Shown here: one piece after another, positions 33,876 to 44,800 of the stretch
Layout of the letters: every line of letters starts with the position of its first letter
Position numbering within the stretch: position 1 is the stretch's first letter
Virus record (IMG/VR): IMGVR_UViG_3300001598_000037
Coordinates: 1 to 64,000 of that record
Origin: a virus
Lineage: Duplodnaviria > Caudoviricetes
Length of the DNA: 64,000 nt
Direction: 5' to 3' (one strand)
Made by a program: the position numbers and the translations under genes
The notes under the pieces: model-generated
The model's input: the letters and a program-made list of their open reading frames with translations, nothing else
What the model was told of the DNA's origin: nothing
Database searches by the model: none

Positions 33876-35462
33876 ATGGCTGATAATACAAGTTTTGCAC
33901 ATTCAAATAAAATAGCTGTCATGCATGTATTAGCTGGATTAATTAAGAATCCTCTTTTATTTAGTAGTGACGAATACAAATTCGATGTTAATGACTTCCC
34001 AGAGCAATTCCATAGAATTGTTTTTGGCGCAGTTGAACATTTAGCTATTAATGGAATGGAAAAGATTGATTATATTGATATCGATCAATTCTTGAAACAA
34101 TATCCAGTTCAATATAAAGTCTTTACGGGGAATGACGGCTCTGGGTATATTAGCAGAATATTAAAACTTTTTGACGAAAAGAAGTTTGATTATTATTATC
34201 AAACAGTCAAAAAACACAGTTTATTAAATAAATTAAATACACAAGGTATTTCAACTAAGGAAATCTTAGATCCTGAGGAAATTGATCCAACAAAGATCGC
34301 AGTGGCTCAAGAAAAGTTTGATGCCTTATCAGTTAATGATATATTAGATACTGTAGAAAGCAAAATGATTCTTATCAAAGAACAATTCGGCACAAATAGT
34401 GATTTAGTAGAAGATCAAGCTGGTAATGGAATTCTTGAATTAATTGAGAGATATAAAGAAGTTCCTGAAATTGGTCTACCATATGTCAGTCCCAAATTAA
34501 CAACTATTTTTAGAGGTTTAAGATTAGGAACATTATATATGGAGAGCTCGGCTCAAGGTGTCGGTAAATCAAGACGTCAAGCTTCTGAATCAGCTCATCT
34601 TGCGGTTCCTGAATATTATGATCTCGAAAAAAAGCAATGGATTAAGACAGGATTTAATGAAAAAGTTTTATTAATTTCAACAGAATTAGAACTTTCTGAA
34701 ACACAAACAATGTGGTTAGCGTATGTTTCAGGTGTTCCAGAAGAACATATTATAGACGGTAAATACCTAGCAGGAGAAGAAGAAAGAGTTATCTATGCTG
34801 GTAAATTAATTAAACAAGCAGATTTACATTTTGTTAGTATCACTAATTATAACATTGATGATATTATCAATTTAATAAAAAAATACCATCAGTTGAATGG
34901 TGTTAATTATATATTTTATGACTACCTTTCTACCACTATTAAAATAATGGCTGAAGGTGCTCGTAAAACTAAAATGACAGGTCTTAGAGAAGACCAAATC
35001 TTATTGACTTTCGTTACCGAATTAAAAGACTTAGCGAAAAAGCTTCAATTATGTATATTTACAGCCACACAATTATCAGGTAACTGGAAAACACAAGAAG
35101 CTGACGCACAGTTATTAAGAGGTGCAAAAGCCCTTTCAGATAAACCAGATGGATGTTCAATATTATTACCTATCAGAGAAAGTGATAAAGAAATTATTGA
35201 TACATATACGTCAAAAGGATTTAATTTAATTCCTACACACGTTATCCATGTATTTAAAGTAAGAAGATCACATTATAATAATTTAAAGTTATATGTATAT
35301 TTTGATAGAGCAACTTGTCGATTAGTAGATTGTTTCGCTGCCGATAGCAATGGCAATTTATTAGCAATTGAAGATACAAATATTGAATTAATTTTAGACA
35401 ATACTAAAGAAACAAAGATCGAAGATGCGATCGGCGATACTTTCGATATTAATGATTTCTAG
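33876..35462 (+). CDS. dnaB: DnaB-like replicative helicase
   Basis: N-terminal FPEQFHRIVFGAV, Walker A SSAQGVGKS, LISTEL, FYDYL, ATQLS, RGAKAL. Confidence 0.85.
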   Translation: MADNTSFAHSNKIAVMHVLAGLIKNPLLFSSDEYKFDVNDFPEQFHRIVFGAVEHLAINGMEKIDYIDIDQFLKQYPVQYKVFTGNDGSGYISRILKLFDEKKFDYYYQTVKKHSLLNKLNTQGISTKEILDPEEIDPTKIAVAQEKFDALSVNDILDTVESKMILIKEQFGTNSDLVEDQAGNGILELIERYKEVPEIGLPYVSPKLTTIFRGLRLGTLYMESSAQGVGKSRRQASESAHLAVPEYYDLEKKQWIKTGFNEKVLLISTELELSETQTMWLAYVSGVPEEHIIDGKYLAGEEERVIYAGKLIKQADLHFVSITNYNIDDIINLIKKYHQLNGVNYIFYDYLSTTIKIMAEGARKTKMTGLREDQILLTFVTELKDLAKKLQLCIFTATQLSGNWKTQEADAQLLRGAKALSDKPDGCSILLPIRESDKEIIDTYTSKGFNLIPTHVIHVFKVRRSHYNNLKLYVYFDRATCRLVDCFAADSNGNLLAIEDTNIELILDNTKETKIEDAIGDTFDINDF

Positions 35463-35473
35463 GAGATACGCTT

Positions 35474-36607
35474 ATGATTTCAGCAGAACAAGTAAAAGAA
35501 AAGCTAACAACCGAAGATATTATTAAAATTGTATGTAACGATTTCGGATCTCCAGAACCAATCTATGATAGAGAAGACAATCCTATATTTAATACATGTG
35601 TTTGTCATGGTGGAGATTCATACAAACTTTGGTACTATAAAGAATCAAAAACATTTTATTGTTATAGTCACTGTGGACCAATAGGAGATATATTTAATTT
35701 AACACAACATGTAAAGCATTTTGATACATTCCAAGAGGCTTTTAAGTATGTAATTGCATATTTCCATATTGATACAGGAACTGGATTTAATACGCATCAA
35801 GAATTAATTTCTGACTGGGATATTCTACAACAAGTTGATGACTATGATAAATACAACGACAAACCATCTGAAGAACAAAAAATAATTAATGAAAATATAC
35901 TAGAATACTTTGATCCAATATCTGCTCCTAAAGAATGGCAGGCAGATTATATAACACCAGAAATCATGCGTTATTTTGGTATTAGAGTTGATGGTGCATT
36001 ATCTAAAATTATTATTCCTCATAGAAACATAGATGGTAGATTATTAGGCATTAGAGGTAGAACTTATAATCCTATAGAATTGCTTAAAAAGCAAAAATAT
36101 ATGCCAGTGTTTGTTGAGGGAATAATGTATAACCATAAATTAGGAAGTAATTTATATGGTCTATATGAAAATAAAGAAACAATAACAAGATTAAAGAAAG
36201 TATTAGTTTGTGAGTCAGAAAAATCTGTCTTACAATGTGGAAGTTATTTCGGTCCAGCTAACAATTTTGCAGTAGCTGTATGCGGGTCAACATTCTCACA
36301 AGAACAATTACAATTATTACTTTCACTAGGCGTTGAAGAAATTATATTCGGCTTTGATCATGATGTCGAATTAAAATCGGGAACACCAGAAACAGAAGAG
36401 TGGGAAAATAAAATCTATAAGCAGATTGAAAAGGCATTACCTTATGTTAATGTATATGTAATCGGCGATTATGATAATATTACACCACTAAAAGCCAGTC
36501 CTACAGACTGTGGAAAAGATATATTAATAACGCTAATGAAAAAGAAGATATATATTCCTTCTGTTCACACAAAAAGTGTTAATAAAATAAGAAAAAAATC
36601 AATTTAA
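35474..36607 (+). CDS. dnaG: DNA primase (zinc-binding + Toprim)
   Basis: CVCHGG...FYCYSHCG zinc site, IIIPHRN...GIRGR, Toprim VCESEKSV...FGFDHD. Confidence 0.85.
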   Translation: MISAEQVKEKLTTEDIIKIVCNDFGSPEPIYDREDNPIFNTCVCHGGDSYKLWYYKESKTFYCYSHCGPIGDIFNLTQHVKHFDTFQEAFKYVIAYFHIDTGTGFNTHQELISDWDILQQVDDYDKYNDKPSEEQKIINENILEYFDPISAPKEWQADYITPEIMRYFGIRVDGALSKIIIPHRNIDGRLLGIRGRTYNPIELLKKQKYMPVFVEGIMYNHKLGSNLYGLYENKETITRLKKVLVCESEKSVLQCGSYFGPANNFAVAVCGSTFSQEQLQLLLSLGVEEIIFGFDHDVELKSGTPETEEWENKIYKQIEKALPYVNVYVIGDYDNITPLKASPTDCGKDILITLMKKKIYIPSVHTKSVNKIRKKSI

Positions 36608-36622
36608 AAGGAGAAAAAGTTT

Positions 36623-37621
36623 ATGGCAACAGGTAAAGTTACAAAATTTTCATACTCAAGGCTTAATACCTATCACAATTGTCCTTTTCATTATTGGTTA
36701 AAGTATGATCAAAGACATTATGTTTACTCGGACAGCTTAGCTGCTGAAATGGGAACTTTGATCCACCATATTGAAGAAACAATTGCGTTAAATATTATTT
36801 CTGGTTTTAGTCCTGATTATGAAGCATTAAAGAAAGAATTTAGAAGCATTAACATTCCTAAGTCTTCTCCAACAGATACTGAAGGTGGTATCTTTGGAAT
36901 CGATATACTTAAGAAAAAATATGCTGATGAGTTCTTTGAAATGAATGATAAAGGTGAATCTTATTTCACAAAAGCTCAAGAATATTTAAACTCAGGAATT
37001 TATCGTCTTGAAAATTATTTAAAAGAAAATCCAAAATTACGTTTAGTTGATGTTGAAAAAGGATTTGAAGTAGAGTATAATGGTGTTGTATTCTTTGGAT
37101 TTATTGACCGTATTTTACAAAATACCGAAACAGGTGAGTATATTATTGAAGATATTAAAACCAAAGATCATCCATTTAAAGATTCTGAATTAGCTACTCC
37201 ACTTCAATTTGTGATCTACTCTATGGCGCTTAAAAAAGCTTATGATTTAGATTACTATCCTTCAACTTGTTATTATGATCTACCTGTTTGTGGTGTTCGT
37301 CAAAAAGCGGGCACTCGTGGATTTGTAGAAAAAGGCCTAAAAGAAATTGGAACTATGCTTAATAATATCCAAAGTAAAGTTTGGGATCCAAAGCCAACTC
37401 CATTATGTCATTGGTGTGAATTCTGTCCTACTAATCCTAAACAAACTGAAGAAGGCAAAAATTTATGCTGTTATTATTCAATGTGGACACGTGAAAATCA
37501 AAAACATGATGTCGCTATGCCTTGGAAAGGTATTGATCAACATGATAAGATCATGGCAAAATTTCTTCAAGATACTAGCAGCCCAGAGGCTGTATATAAA
37601 GTATTTGATTTCGATTTTTAG
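36623..37621 (+). CDS. PD-(D/E)XK nuclease, Cas4/AddB-like with probable 4Fe-4S cysteines
   Basis: FSYSRLNTYHNCP, GTLIH, GFIDRI, IEDIKT, QFVIY, CHWCEFCP...LCC. Confidence 0.85.
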   Translation: MATGKVTKFSYSRLNTYHNCPFHYWLKYDQRHYVYSDSLAAEMGTLIHHIEETIALNIISGFSPDYEALKKEFRSINIPKSSPTDTEGGIFGIDILKKKYADEFFEMNDKGESYFTKAQEYLNSGIYRLENYLKENPKLRLVDVEKGFEVEYNGVVFFGFIDRILQNTETGEYIIEDIKTKDHPFKDSELATPLQFVIYSMALKKAYDLDYYPSTCYYDLPVCGVRQKAGTRGFVEKGLKEIGTMLNNIQSKVWDPKPTPLCHWCEFCPTNPKQTEEGKNLCCYYSMWTRENQKHDVAMPWKGIDQHDKIMAKFLQDTSSPEAVYKVFDFDF

Positions 37622-37632
37622 GGGGTATAAAC

Positions 37633-38106
37633 ATGGTTATTGAAACAAAAAAACTTAACTTTAATGATATAAAAGCTTGGTCAAACATTGATGGCTTTCC
37701 AGCTATTTCTTTCTTATCTGTATACGCTGCAGCTGGATTAATTGATGCTATCCAAAAATATGTAGATGAGAACCCTGGTACAGGAGTTGTAGCTGTACAA
37801 CAAATATTCTGCAATTTCTATACCTTCCAAAAGATCCGTAATTTAATTAAAGATTCTTGGGAACGTTATAATATTAAACTATCAGGAGATAATAAAGTTG
37901 AATGGATCTCTGGCAAGAGTCATGATAGACTTAATTATGCTAGAACATTGAACAAGAAAATTACAGTAGCCATTACCTATGATGCTGCTAATTACGCTTG
38001 TGGAGTTGATGATACTCTTGAAGATGATGTAATTATATTTACTGATGGAAAGGATGAAGAAATTCATGAAGACAGCGGAACAGAAGAAGAATTACAAGTT
38101 AATTAA
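37633..38106 (+). CDS. Hypothetical protein (157 aa)
   Basis: GGGGT SD; acidic tail. Confidence 0.7.
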   Translation: MVIETKKLNFNDIKAWSNIDGFPAISFLSVYAAAGLIDAIQKYVDENPGTGVVAVQQIFCNFYTFQKIRNLIKDSWERYNIKLSGDNKVEWISGKSHDRLNYARTLNKKITVAITYDAANYACGVDDTLEDDVIIFTDGKDEEIHEDSGTEEELQVN

Positions 38107-38662
38107 AAAATTTCCTTTTTTGGAAATTCAAGGATATTATCCAAAAAGATTACCATATAAAAAAAGATATGACTCTACTTGGCTGGACTATTTACCAGCT
38201 GGGTGGAGAGATGTCTTCGGACTAGAATTCTGCGACAATCTTAAGTCTATATTAAAAAGGGGCCATTGTTTAAGAAAATTTCGTTTTTTAGATATTAAAG
38301 AAAAATATGGATTATTAAGAGTAGAATATAGCGCAATTCCAAGTAAAATTGCAGACGAAGTATATGACTGGGAAAATTATTACGAAGATATGTCATCGAT
38401 GGTTTGTCCTAATTGTGGACAATTCACAAGCTTTATGACTACTGGCTGGGTTTCTTATTTATGTTGGTCATGTGCAGAAAAAAAGACTGCTAAAATTCGA
38501 CTAACATGGAAAGATATTCCTAGTAGAACTTTATATCGAAATGGAACCACAATCAAAAAACCAAGTCCATTAACAGATGCAATGCAAATAATTTGGCCTG
38601 AACAAAATGAGGATTGGCCTGAACAAAATGAGGAGGAGCAAACTAATTATGACACAAAATAA
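38045..38662 (+). CDS. Conserved phage hypothetical protein (start may be 38054 or 38066)
   Basis: PAGWRD...DIKEKYGLLR...SSMVCPNCG...LCWSC pattern common in phage proteins. Confidence 0.65.
   Translation: MERMKKFMKTAEQKKNYKLIKKFPFLEIQGYYPKRLPYKKRYDSTWLDYLPAGWRDVFGLEFCDNLKSILKRGHCLRKFRFLDIKEKYGLLRVEYSAIPSKIADEVYDWENYYEDMSSMVCPNCGQFTSFMTTGWVSYLCWSCAEKKTAKIRLTWKDIPSRTLYRNGTTIKKPSPLTDAMQIIWPEQNEDWPEQNEEEQTNYDTK
38593..38634 (+). repeat. Exact 21-bp tandem duplication
   Basis: TTGGCCTGAACAAAATGAGGA x2, encoding WPEQNED/WPEQNEE. Confidence 0.9.
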
Positions 38663-39269
38663 AAAGAAACCTCTAGGATATTTGGGTGGAGATATTATGA
38701 CAAAAGGATCTAATTTAGCTCGTCAGCAAGAATATGATACATTTATTAAATTAGATCTAGACGTAGATGTTTATTCGCCTATTATGAATAAATCAATTAA
38801 TGATAAAGCGTCCATGACAGAGGAAGAAAACAATCACTTAGCGGAAAAAATTACTGATGCCGATATCGAAAGATTATGGAACAGTGAATTTGTAGTTATG
38901 TGTCCAGAACAATCAGCCATTGGTTCTATGTGTGAAACAGGAACTTTATATGGTTGGAAATATATGGCAAAAAAATTATGTAATATTATTTATAGCGGAT
39001 TAATTGCCAAAAAAGATCATACGGCTATTTTAGGAGAGTTGATTGACGAAATAGAGCGTATTGAAGAAAAAGATATTCATTATCATTATTTTGATATTAG
39101 AACAAATCATCTAAATGAAAAGGATTGGCGAAGAAGTTTTAGTATAAATCAACTTTTATACGGTATGATTCTATATTCTTCATCAGCAGGTGATTTTGAG
39201 GAATTTGATCAAATAATGAAACATTTAAATAAAAAGTATGGAAAGAAGGAGGAAGAAACACATGAATAA
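38649..39269 (+). CDS. Nucleoside 2-deoxyribosyltransferase-like / nucleotide N-glycosidase protein
   Basis: GYLGG...VYSP...DIERLWNSEFVV...IGSMCETG follows the NDT family motif order; start moved to the ATG after GAGGAGGAG. Confidence 0.6.
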   Translation: MTQNKKKPLGYLGGDIMTKGSNLARQQEYDTFIKLDLDVDVYSPIMNKSINDKASMTEEENNHLAEKITDADIERLWNSEFVVMCPEQSAIGSMCETGTLYGWKYMAKKLCNIIYSGLIAKKDHTAILGELIDEIERIEEKDIHYHYFDIRTNHLNEKDWRRSFSINQLLYGMILYSSSAGDFEEFDQIMKHLNKKYGKKEEETHE

Positions 39270-39468
39270 AACATTAGATATTATTCTTAATATTTTATTA
39301 CCAATTGCCACAGTATTCTGTTTTGTTGGTTTAATTCTAGATTCATTTGGAATTTTCCCAATGTGGATGGGTATTGTTTGTGCAGTATTATTATTTGCAA
39401 CTATGGTTGTGTTAGCAATTAAACAAGTAGTTACATATAAGGCAAAGAAAGACACAAAAAGTAAGTAA
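39262..39468 (+). CDS. Small membrane protein (two hydrophobic segments)
   Basis: AAGGAGG SD; hydrophobic ILNILLPIATVFCFVGLI and MWMGIVCAVLLFATMVVLAI. Confidence 0.65.
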   Translation: MNKTLDIILNILLPIATVFCFVGLILDSFGIFPMWMGIVCAVLLFATMVVLAIKQVVTYKAKKDTKSK

Positions 39469-39483
39469 TAGGGGGATCGGTCA

Positions 39484-40752
39484 ATGAGTAAACTTAATTA
39501 TGGCATTAACGATAAACCTAAAAAATGGTATGAGTGGGTAGTGTTCAGTTTACAGCAATTATTGTCTGTATTTGTCGCTACCGTACTTATTGCCAATATT
39601 TGTGGAACCCCAGTAAGTTCCTGTTTGCTAGGAGCATGTTTAGGAACTTTAATATATCAAATTATTACAAAATTTAAGTCACCAATGTTTATTTCCAGCT
39701 GTGGTGCAACAGTCTCAGCTGTATGTGGAGCCTTGAGCTTAAATGCAGCTGGAAACAATTACTTAATGGTCTTCTGTGGTGGGCTGATTATTCTAGCTAT
39801 TTATGGATTATTTGCATTAATTACCCACTTTACAGGAACTAATTGGATCAACAAGATTTTTCCGCCAATTGTAATTGGGCCAGTAACTATGGTTATTGGA
39901 TTAAACTTGGCAACCTTTATTTTTAGTTATGTCGGAGGAACTGATAATTATGTTCCTTGGTTACAGGTGCTTGTGGCAATCATTACAATGATGATCGTAG
40001 CGATAACCTCACATTATGGTCACAAATTTTTAAAACAAATACCATTCTTAATTGGATTAACTGGTGGATATCTAGTTGCATTATGTTTTGGTTTAGTTGA
40101 CTTTTCTGCGTTTAGTCAAATGCAGTGGTACCCTGATTTAACTTTCTTAAAATGGTCTGCGAGCGATTTTTCATGGATTAATTTAGGAAAGACTGTATTA
40201 TATTTTGTTCCTGTCGGGATTTGTGCTTTGTTAGAACATATTTCTGATCATAAAACATTATCTAATATAATTGGGACAGATCTAATCACAGAGCCAGGGC
40301 TTGATAGAACTTTATTGGGCGACGGCGTAGCAAGTGCGGTCGGCACGGCTGTCTGCGGACTACCTAATACATCTTATGGAGAAAGTATTGCAACGACAGG
40401 TTTTAGCAGAGTAGCTTCGACATATATTATAACCGTAGCTGCTTGTGTATTAGGTTTAATGAGTTTCTGCGGACCAATTACTGCGTTTATTCAAACTATT
40501 CCATCATGTGTATTTGGTGGATGTGCAATGATTCTTTATGGATACATCAGCTTGTCTGGTTTAAACACTTTAAAGAATAGCGGATTAGACTTAACACATA
40601 ATAAAAATATGATTATTATTTCAGTTATTTTAACAACTGGAGTATCTGGTATTTATTTATTTGATGCAGCATTTAGCGGTGTTGCGTTAGCAATGATTTT
40701 AGGAGTTATTTTAAATATAGCTCTTAAAGATAAAAAATCAAAGGAGAATTGA
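39484..40752 (+). CDS. uraA: Uracil/xanthine permease (NCS2 family, UraA/PyrP-like)
   Basis: Multi-pass hydrophobic; SLQQLLSVF, EHISD, GDGVAS, signature PNTSYGESIATTGFSRVAS. Confidence 0.9.
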   Translation: MSKLNYGINDKPKKWYEWVVFSLQQLLSVFVATVLIANICGTPVSSCLLGACLGTLIYQIITKFKSPMFISSCGATVSAVCGALSLNAAGNNYLMVFCGGLIILAIYGLFALITHFTGTNWINKIFPPIVIGPVTMVIGLNLATFIFSYVGGTDNYVPWLQVLVAIITMMIVAITSHYGHKFLKQIPFLIGLTGGYLVALCFGLVDFSAFSQMQWYPDLTFLKWSASDFSWINLGKTVLYFVPVGICALLEHISDHKTLSNIIGTDLITEPGLDRTLLGDGVASAVGTAVCGLPNTSYGESIATTGFSRVASTYIITVAACVLGLMSFCGPITAFIQTIPSCVFGGCAMILYGYISLSGLNTLKNSGLDLTHNKNMIIISVILTTGVSGIYLFDAAFSGVALAMILGVILNIALKDKKSKEN

Positions 40753-40753
40753 A

Positions 40754-41602
40754 ATGGAAATATTACAGAGTAGTATTTCTATAACTACAAAATTATTAGA
40801 TTTAGGACTTGTGATAAATAATGAATATTTAATAAAATATAGTGATTTGATGGAAAATAATTTACAAACAAAAGCGGAAAAATTTAAGACTCAAAAACAT
40901 CATATAATCCCTAAATATTATTATAAAGATAAAAAAATTTCAATTGACAATAGTGTAAATAATTTAATAAATTTATCTTATAAAGATCATATTTTGGCAC
41001 ATTACTATTTGGCGTTGTGTTCTATCGAGCGATTTAAATATGCAAATGAAATGGCAATTAAATTTATGGTTGACACAGATATATGTGATACCTCATTTTT
41101 ATATAATTTAGATCATTTTCAAGAATTATATACAGATTCTAAAATAAAATTTTCTAAAATGGCATCATGTTTTAATACAGGTAAAATACGTTCCCAAAGC
41201 GTAAAAGAAAAATGCCGTCAGAGAAAATTGGGAATAAAATTGTCTGACGAGACCAAATTAAAAATGAGTGATACTCAAACACAACGTTGGAAATATATGT
41301 CATTAGAAAACAAAATGAATTTTAATAACAAATTGAAGGGTTTAAACAAAGGTAAAATACATAGTCTTGAGCAAAACTTACAACATAGCAAGATGATGCA
41401 AGGCAGAATTGAGACAACAAGTCATAAGCAAAAAATAAAAACCACTATGGAAACATATTGGGCTGCTCATCAAAATCAAATATATATTTTTAAAGATAAT
41501 ATAATGAAAAGAATATCTGAATCTGATTTAGATAAGTATACAAAGGAGGGCTGGAATCGTGGAAGAAAAAAAAGAAACTGTAAATCATCCGTTTCACTAT
41601 AA
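40754..41602 (+). mobile_element. Free-standing HNH homing endonuclease with NUMOD3-like repeats
   Basis: KHHIIPK...NLINLSYKDHILAHYYL; repeats such as LSDETKLKMS and HSLEQNLQHS; C-terminal EGWNRGRK. Confidence 0.8.
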
Positions 41603-41789
41603 CGTTGGTGGTATAGAAGTCATTGATGCAATTGAAGCATGGCAACTAGGATTTTGTTTAGGTAATGCAGTTAAATATATAGCTAGAGCTGGACATAAAG
41701 ATGCTGACAAAACAGTTGAAGATCTTAATAAAGCAATTTGGTATATTAATAGATATATTGAAGAAATTCAACGTGATAAAAAGAAATAA
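41559..41789 (+). CDS. DUF3310 family protein
   Basis: VNHPFHY...IEVIDAI...FCLGNAVKYIARAGHK...EDLNKAIWY; GTG start with GGAGG inside the HNH gene. Confidence 0.85.
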   Translation: MEEKKETVNHPFHYNVGGIEVIDAIEAWQLGFCLGNAVKYIARAGHKDADKTVEDLNKAIWYINRYIEEIQRDKKK

Positions 41790-41814
41790 AAAATTAATTA
41801 TATAAAGATTCTGC

Positions 41815-41843
41815 TTGACAGGCAGATTCTTTTTTGCTAAAAT
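41815..41843 (+). promoter_or_regulatory. Sigma-A promoter for the DNA polymerase gene, with dyad
   Basis: TTGACA, 17 nt, TG-n-TAAAAT; near-dyad AGATTCTGC/GCAGATTCT around the -35 box. Confidence 0.75.
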
Positions 41844-41878
41844 TATTATGAAATATAAAATGGAAAGGAGATTATTGT

Positions 41879-44800
41879 ATGTACGTATCACTTCATAATC
41901 ACACAACGGCTAGTAATATTAAATTTTTAGATTGTATAAATAGACCAAAGGACATGGTAAAGAAAGCAATTAGTTTGGGCTTCAAAGGAATTGCTGTAAC
42001 AGACCATGAATCTTTGTCGTCTCATGTTGATTTTCTTAAGATCAAGGATTCAATAAAAGACTGTAATCCTGATTTTAAGATTATTTTTGGTAATGAGATA
42101 TATTTAATTGATGATGGTCAATATAAAAATACAAATGATTTCTACCATTTTATTTTATTAGCAAAAGATAGGGTTGGATATAATCAAATTCGTGAATTAT
42201 CATCACGAGCATGGGCACGAAGCTATGTCTATAAAGGTATTCGTCGAACACCTACTTTTTATACAGATATTGAAGAAATTCTTGGCAAAGATCCTGGGCA
42301 TATTGTGGCATCCACTGCATGTTTGGGCGGCGAATTAGCAAAAGCTATATTATCAAAAGATGCAGATAAATTAAATAAATTTATTACTTGGTGCATTAAA
42401 GTCTTTGGTCGTGATTCATTCTTCTTAGAAATGCAAGTATCTGACTCTGAAGAACAAGTTAAATGTAACAAATATATCATTAAAGTTTCAGAACACTTTG
42501 GACTTAAATATATTGTTACAACTGACTCGCACTATTTAGACAAGGAAGATTTTAAGTTATTTACATCTTTCTTAAATAGTAAAAGTAGCAGCGATCGTGA
42601 AACTGAATATTTCTATAAATATACTTATATGATGTCTGAACAAGAAATGTCAGACATTCTAGCTACTACGGGAATTACATATGAACAAACCGCAGCAGCG
42701 ATTAATAATACTTATCTTATTTATAATATGATTGAAGATTTTGATTTTAGACATGGGACTATTGTTCCTACTATTAAAATTCCTGAATTTCAATCATTAG
42801 GTGTTTTAAAACCTTATTATGAAAAATATCCTATTATTAAATATATGGATGAAAGCGAATACGATCAAGATCGTTATATGATGTATTTAATTGAAAAAGG
42901 ATTAGTAGATAAACATATTATTATTAATGATAAAATTGCCGCTAGAATCACGGAAGAGATTGATGTAGTCAAATATATCAGTGAGCAATTAAATCAACGA
43001 ATTAGCGCCTATTTAAACCTTGTAAAAGTTATTGTAGATATCTGTTGGACTATTAGTCCTGTGGGTGTATCTAGAGGATCAGCTGGATGTTTCTATATTA
43101 ATTATCTTATGGATATTGTTCAAATGAATCCACTAGATTATGATTTACCTTCTTTTAGATTCTTAAATAAAGCTAGAGCCGATGCTCTACCTGATGTAGA
43201 TATCGATATTGATCCAAATAAAAATGATGCTGTTGTTGCAGCCTTAAAAGAATATTTTGGTCATGATAATGTAATTAATTGCGCTACTTTTAAAACTGAA
43301 AAACTTAAATCAGCAGTGCTTAATTCAGCAAGAGCATTAGGATATAATAACGATGAAGCGCAAGCTATTGCAGCACTTGTTCCACAACAACGTGGAATCA
43401 TGTATAGTCTTAAAGATTGTTTAGAAGGCGATGAAGAAAAAGGATTGGTTCCTGTTCCAGCATTTATTGATAAACTTAAATCTTATGAGGGATTATATGA
43501 GATGGTGGAAAAAGTGGAAGGTCTTCCTACCAACGCTTCTATACATGCGAGTGCATTATATATCTTTAATAATGGATATGATGCTCAAAACTCTCTTATG
43601 AAAGCTCCGAATGGTACTAACATTACTGCATTAAATATGCACGATAGTGATGATTGTGGAGCCTTAAAAATGGACTTATTAAAAACCGACGCTGAAACCA
43701 AAATAGGTAAAGCTATGGATTTATTGTTAAGAGATAATTTAATTGAATGGAAAGGTAGTTTAAGAGATACTTATAATTATTATTTACACCCAGATAAATT
43801 AGATTATAATAATGTCACTATGTGGGAATTAGCAGCTGATGGAAAAATTCCAAATTTATTCCAAATGGAAACATCTGTTGGCCAATCCGCTATTAAAAAA
43901 ATGAGACCAAAAACAGCTGAAGAATTAGCAACAGTTAATGGTTTAATTCGTTTAACAGGCGGTGAAGGAGAATCTCCTGTCGATCGTTATACAAGATTTA
44001 AACAAGACATTAATTTATGGTATAAAGAAATGAAAGAATATGGTCTAACTGATCATGAGCAAGAACTATTACGTAAACATTTAGATTTTACATATGGTCT
44101 ATGTTATAATCAAGAAGCCTTTATGTTAATTTTAATGGATCCTGAAATTGGTGGATTTACTCTAAAAGATGCTGATAAAGGACGTAAGATCTTAGCGAAG
44201 AAAAAGGTTGATGATATTGCCGCTTTCAAAGAAAAATTCTTAACCAATACAGCTTCTACTCACGAAGAGTTTAAACAATATGTGTGGGACAAAATGATTG
44301 CGCCTCAAATGCAATATTCATTTAATAGAGGACACGGTGTTGGATACAGTCTTATTGGACTTCAAGAAATGAATTTAGCAACACGTTGGAATCCATTATA
44401 TTGGGCTTGTGCTTGTCTATGTGTTAATAGTGGAAACTCAGATACCAACTTTGAAGATAGTGATGAAGACTATGATGAAAGTACTTCTGTAGAAGTAGTT
44501 GAAGAGGCATCTGATGATAAAAAAGAAAAATCATCTGCGCCAAACTATATTAAAATTGGCAAGGCATTATGTGATGCTCAACATGAAGGAATTAAAATCG
44601 GTTTACCAGATATAAATAAATCGGAAAGTGATTTTTTACCAGATGTATCGAGTAATTCAATTCTTTATAGTCTTAAAGCAATTACAAATGTTAATGATGA
44701 TCTTTATGAACGAATTGTTGCAAACAGACCTTATTATAAAGTTTCGGAATTTATTGAAAAGGTACAGCCTACTACAGCGCAAATGGTAAGTTTAATTAAG

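Noticed and set aside
36623-37621. CRISPR-associated cas4 / CRISPR locus
   Set aside because: No repeat-spacer array or other cas genes seen; solo Cas4-like nucleases are common in phage replication modules.
39468-39484. PyrR attenuator ahead of the uracil permease
   Set aside because: Only 15 nt of intergenic space; no room for a leader.
40700-41650. Group I intron housing the HNH gene
   Set aside because: Flanking genes are complete and abut the ORF; no space or P/Q/R/S-like elements seen.
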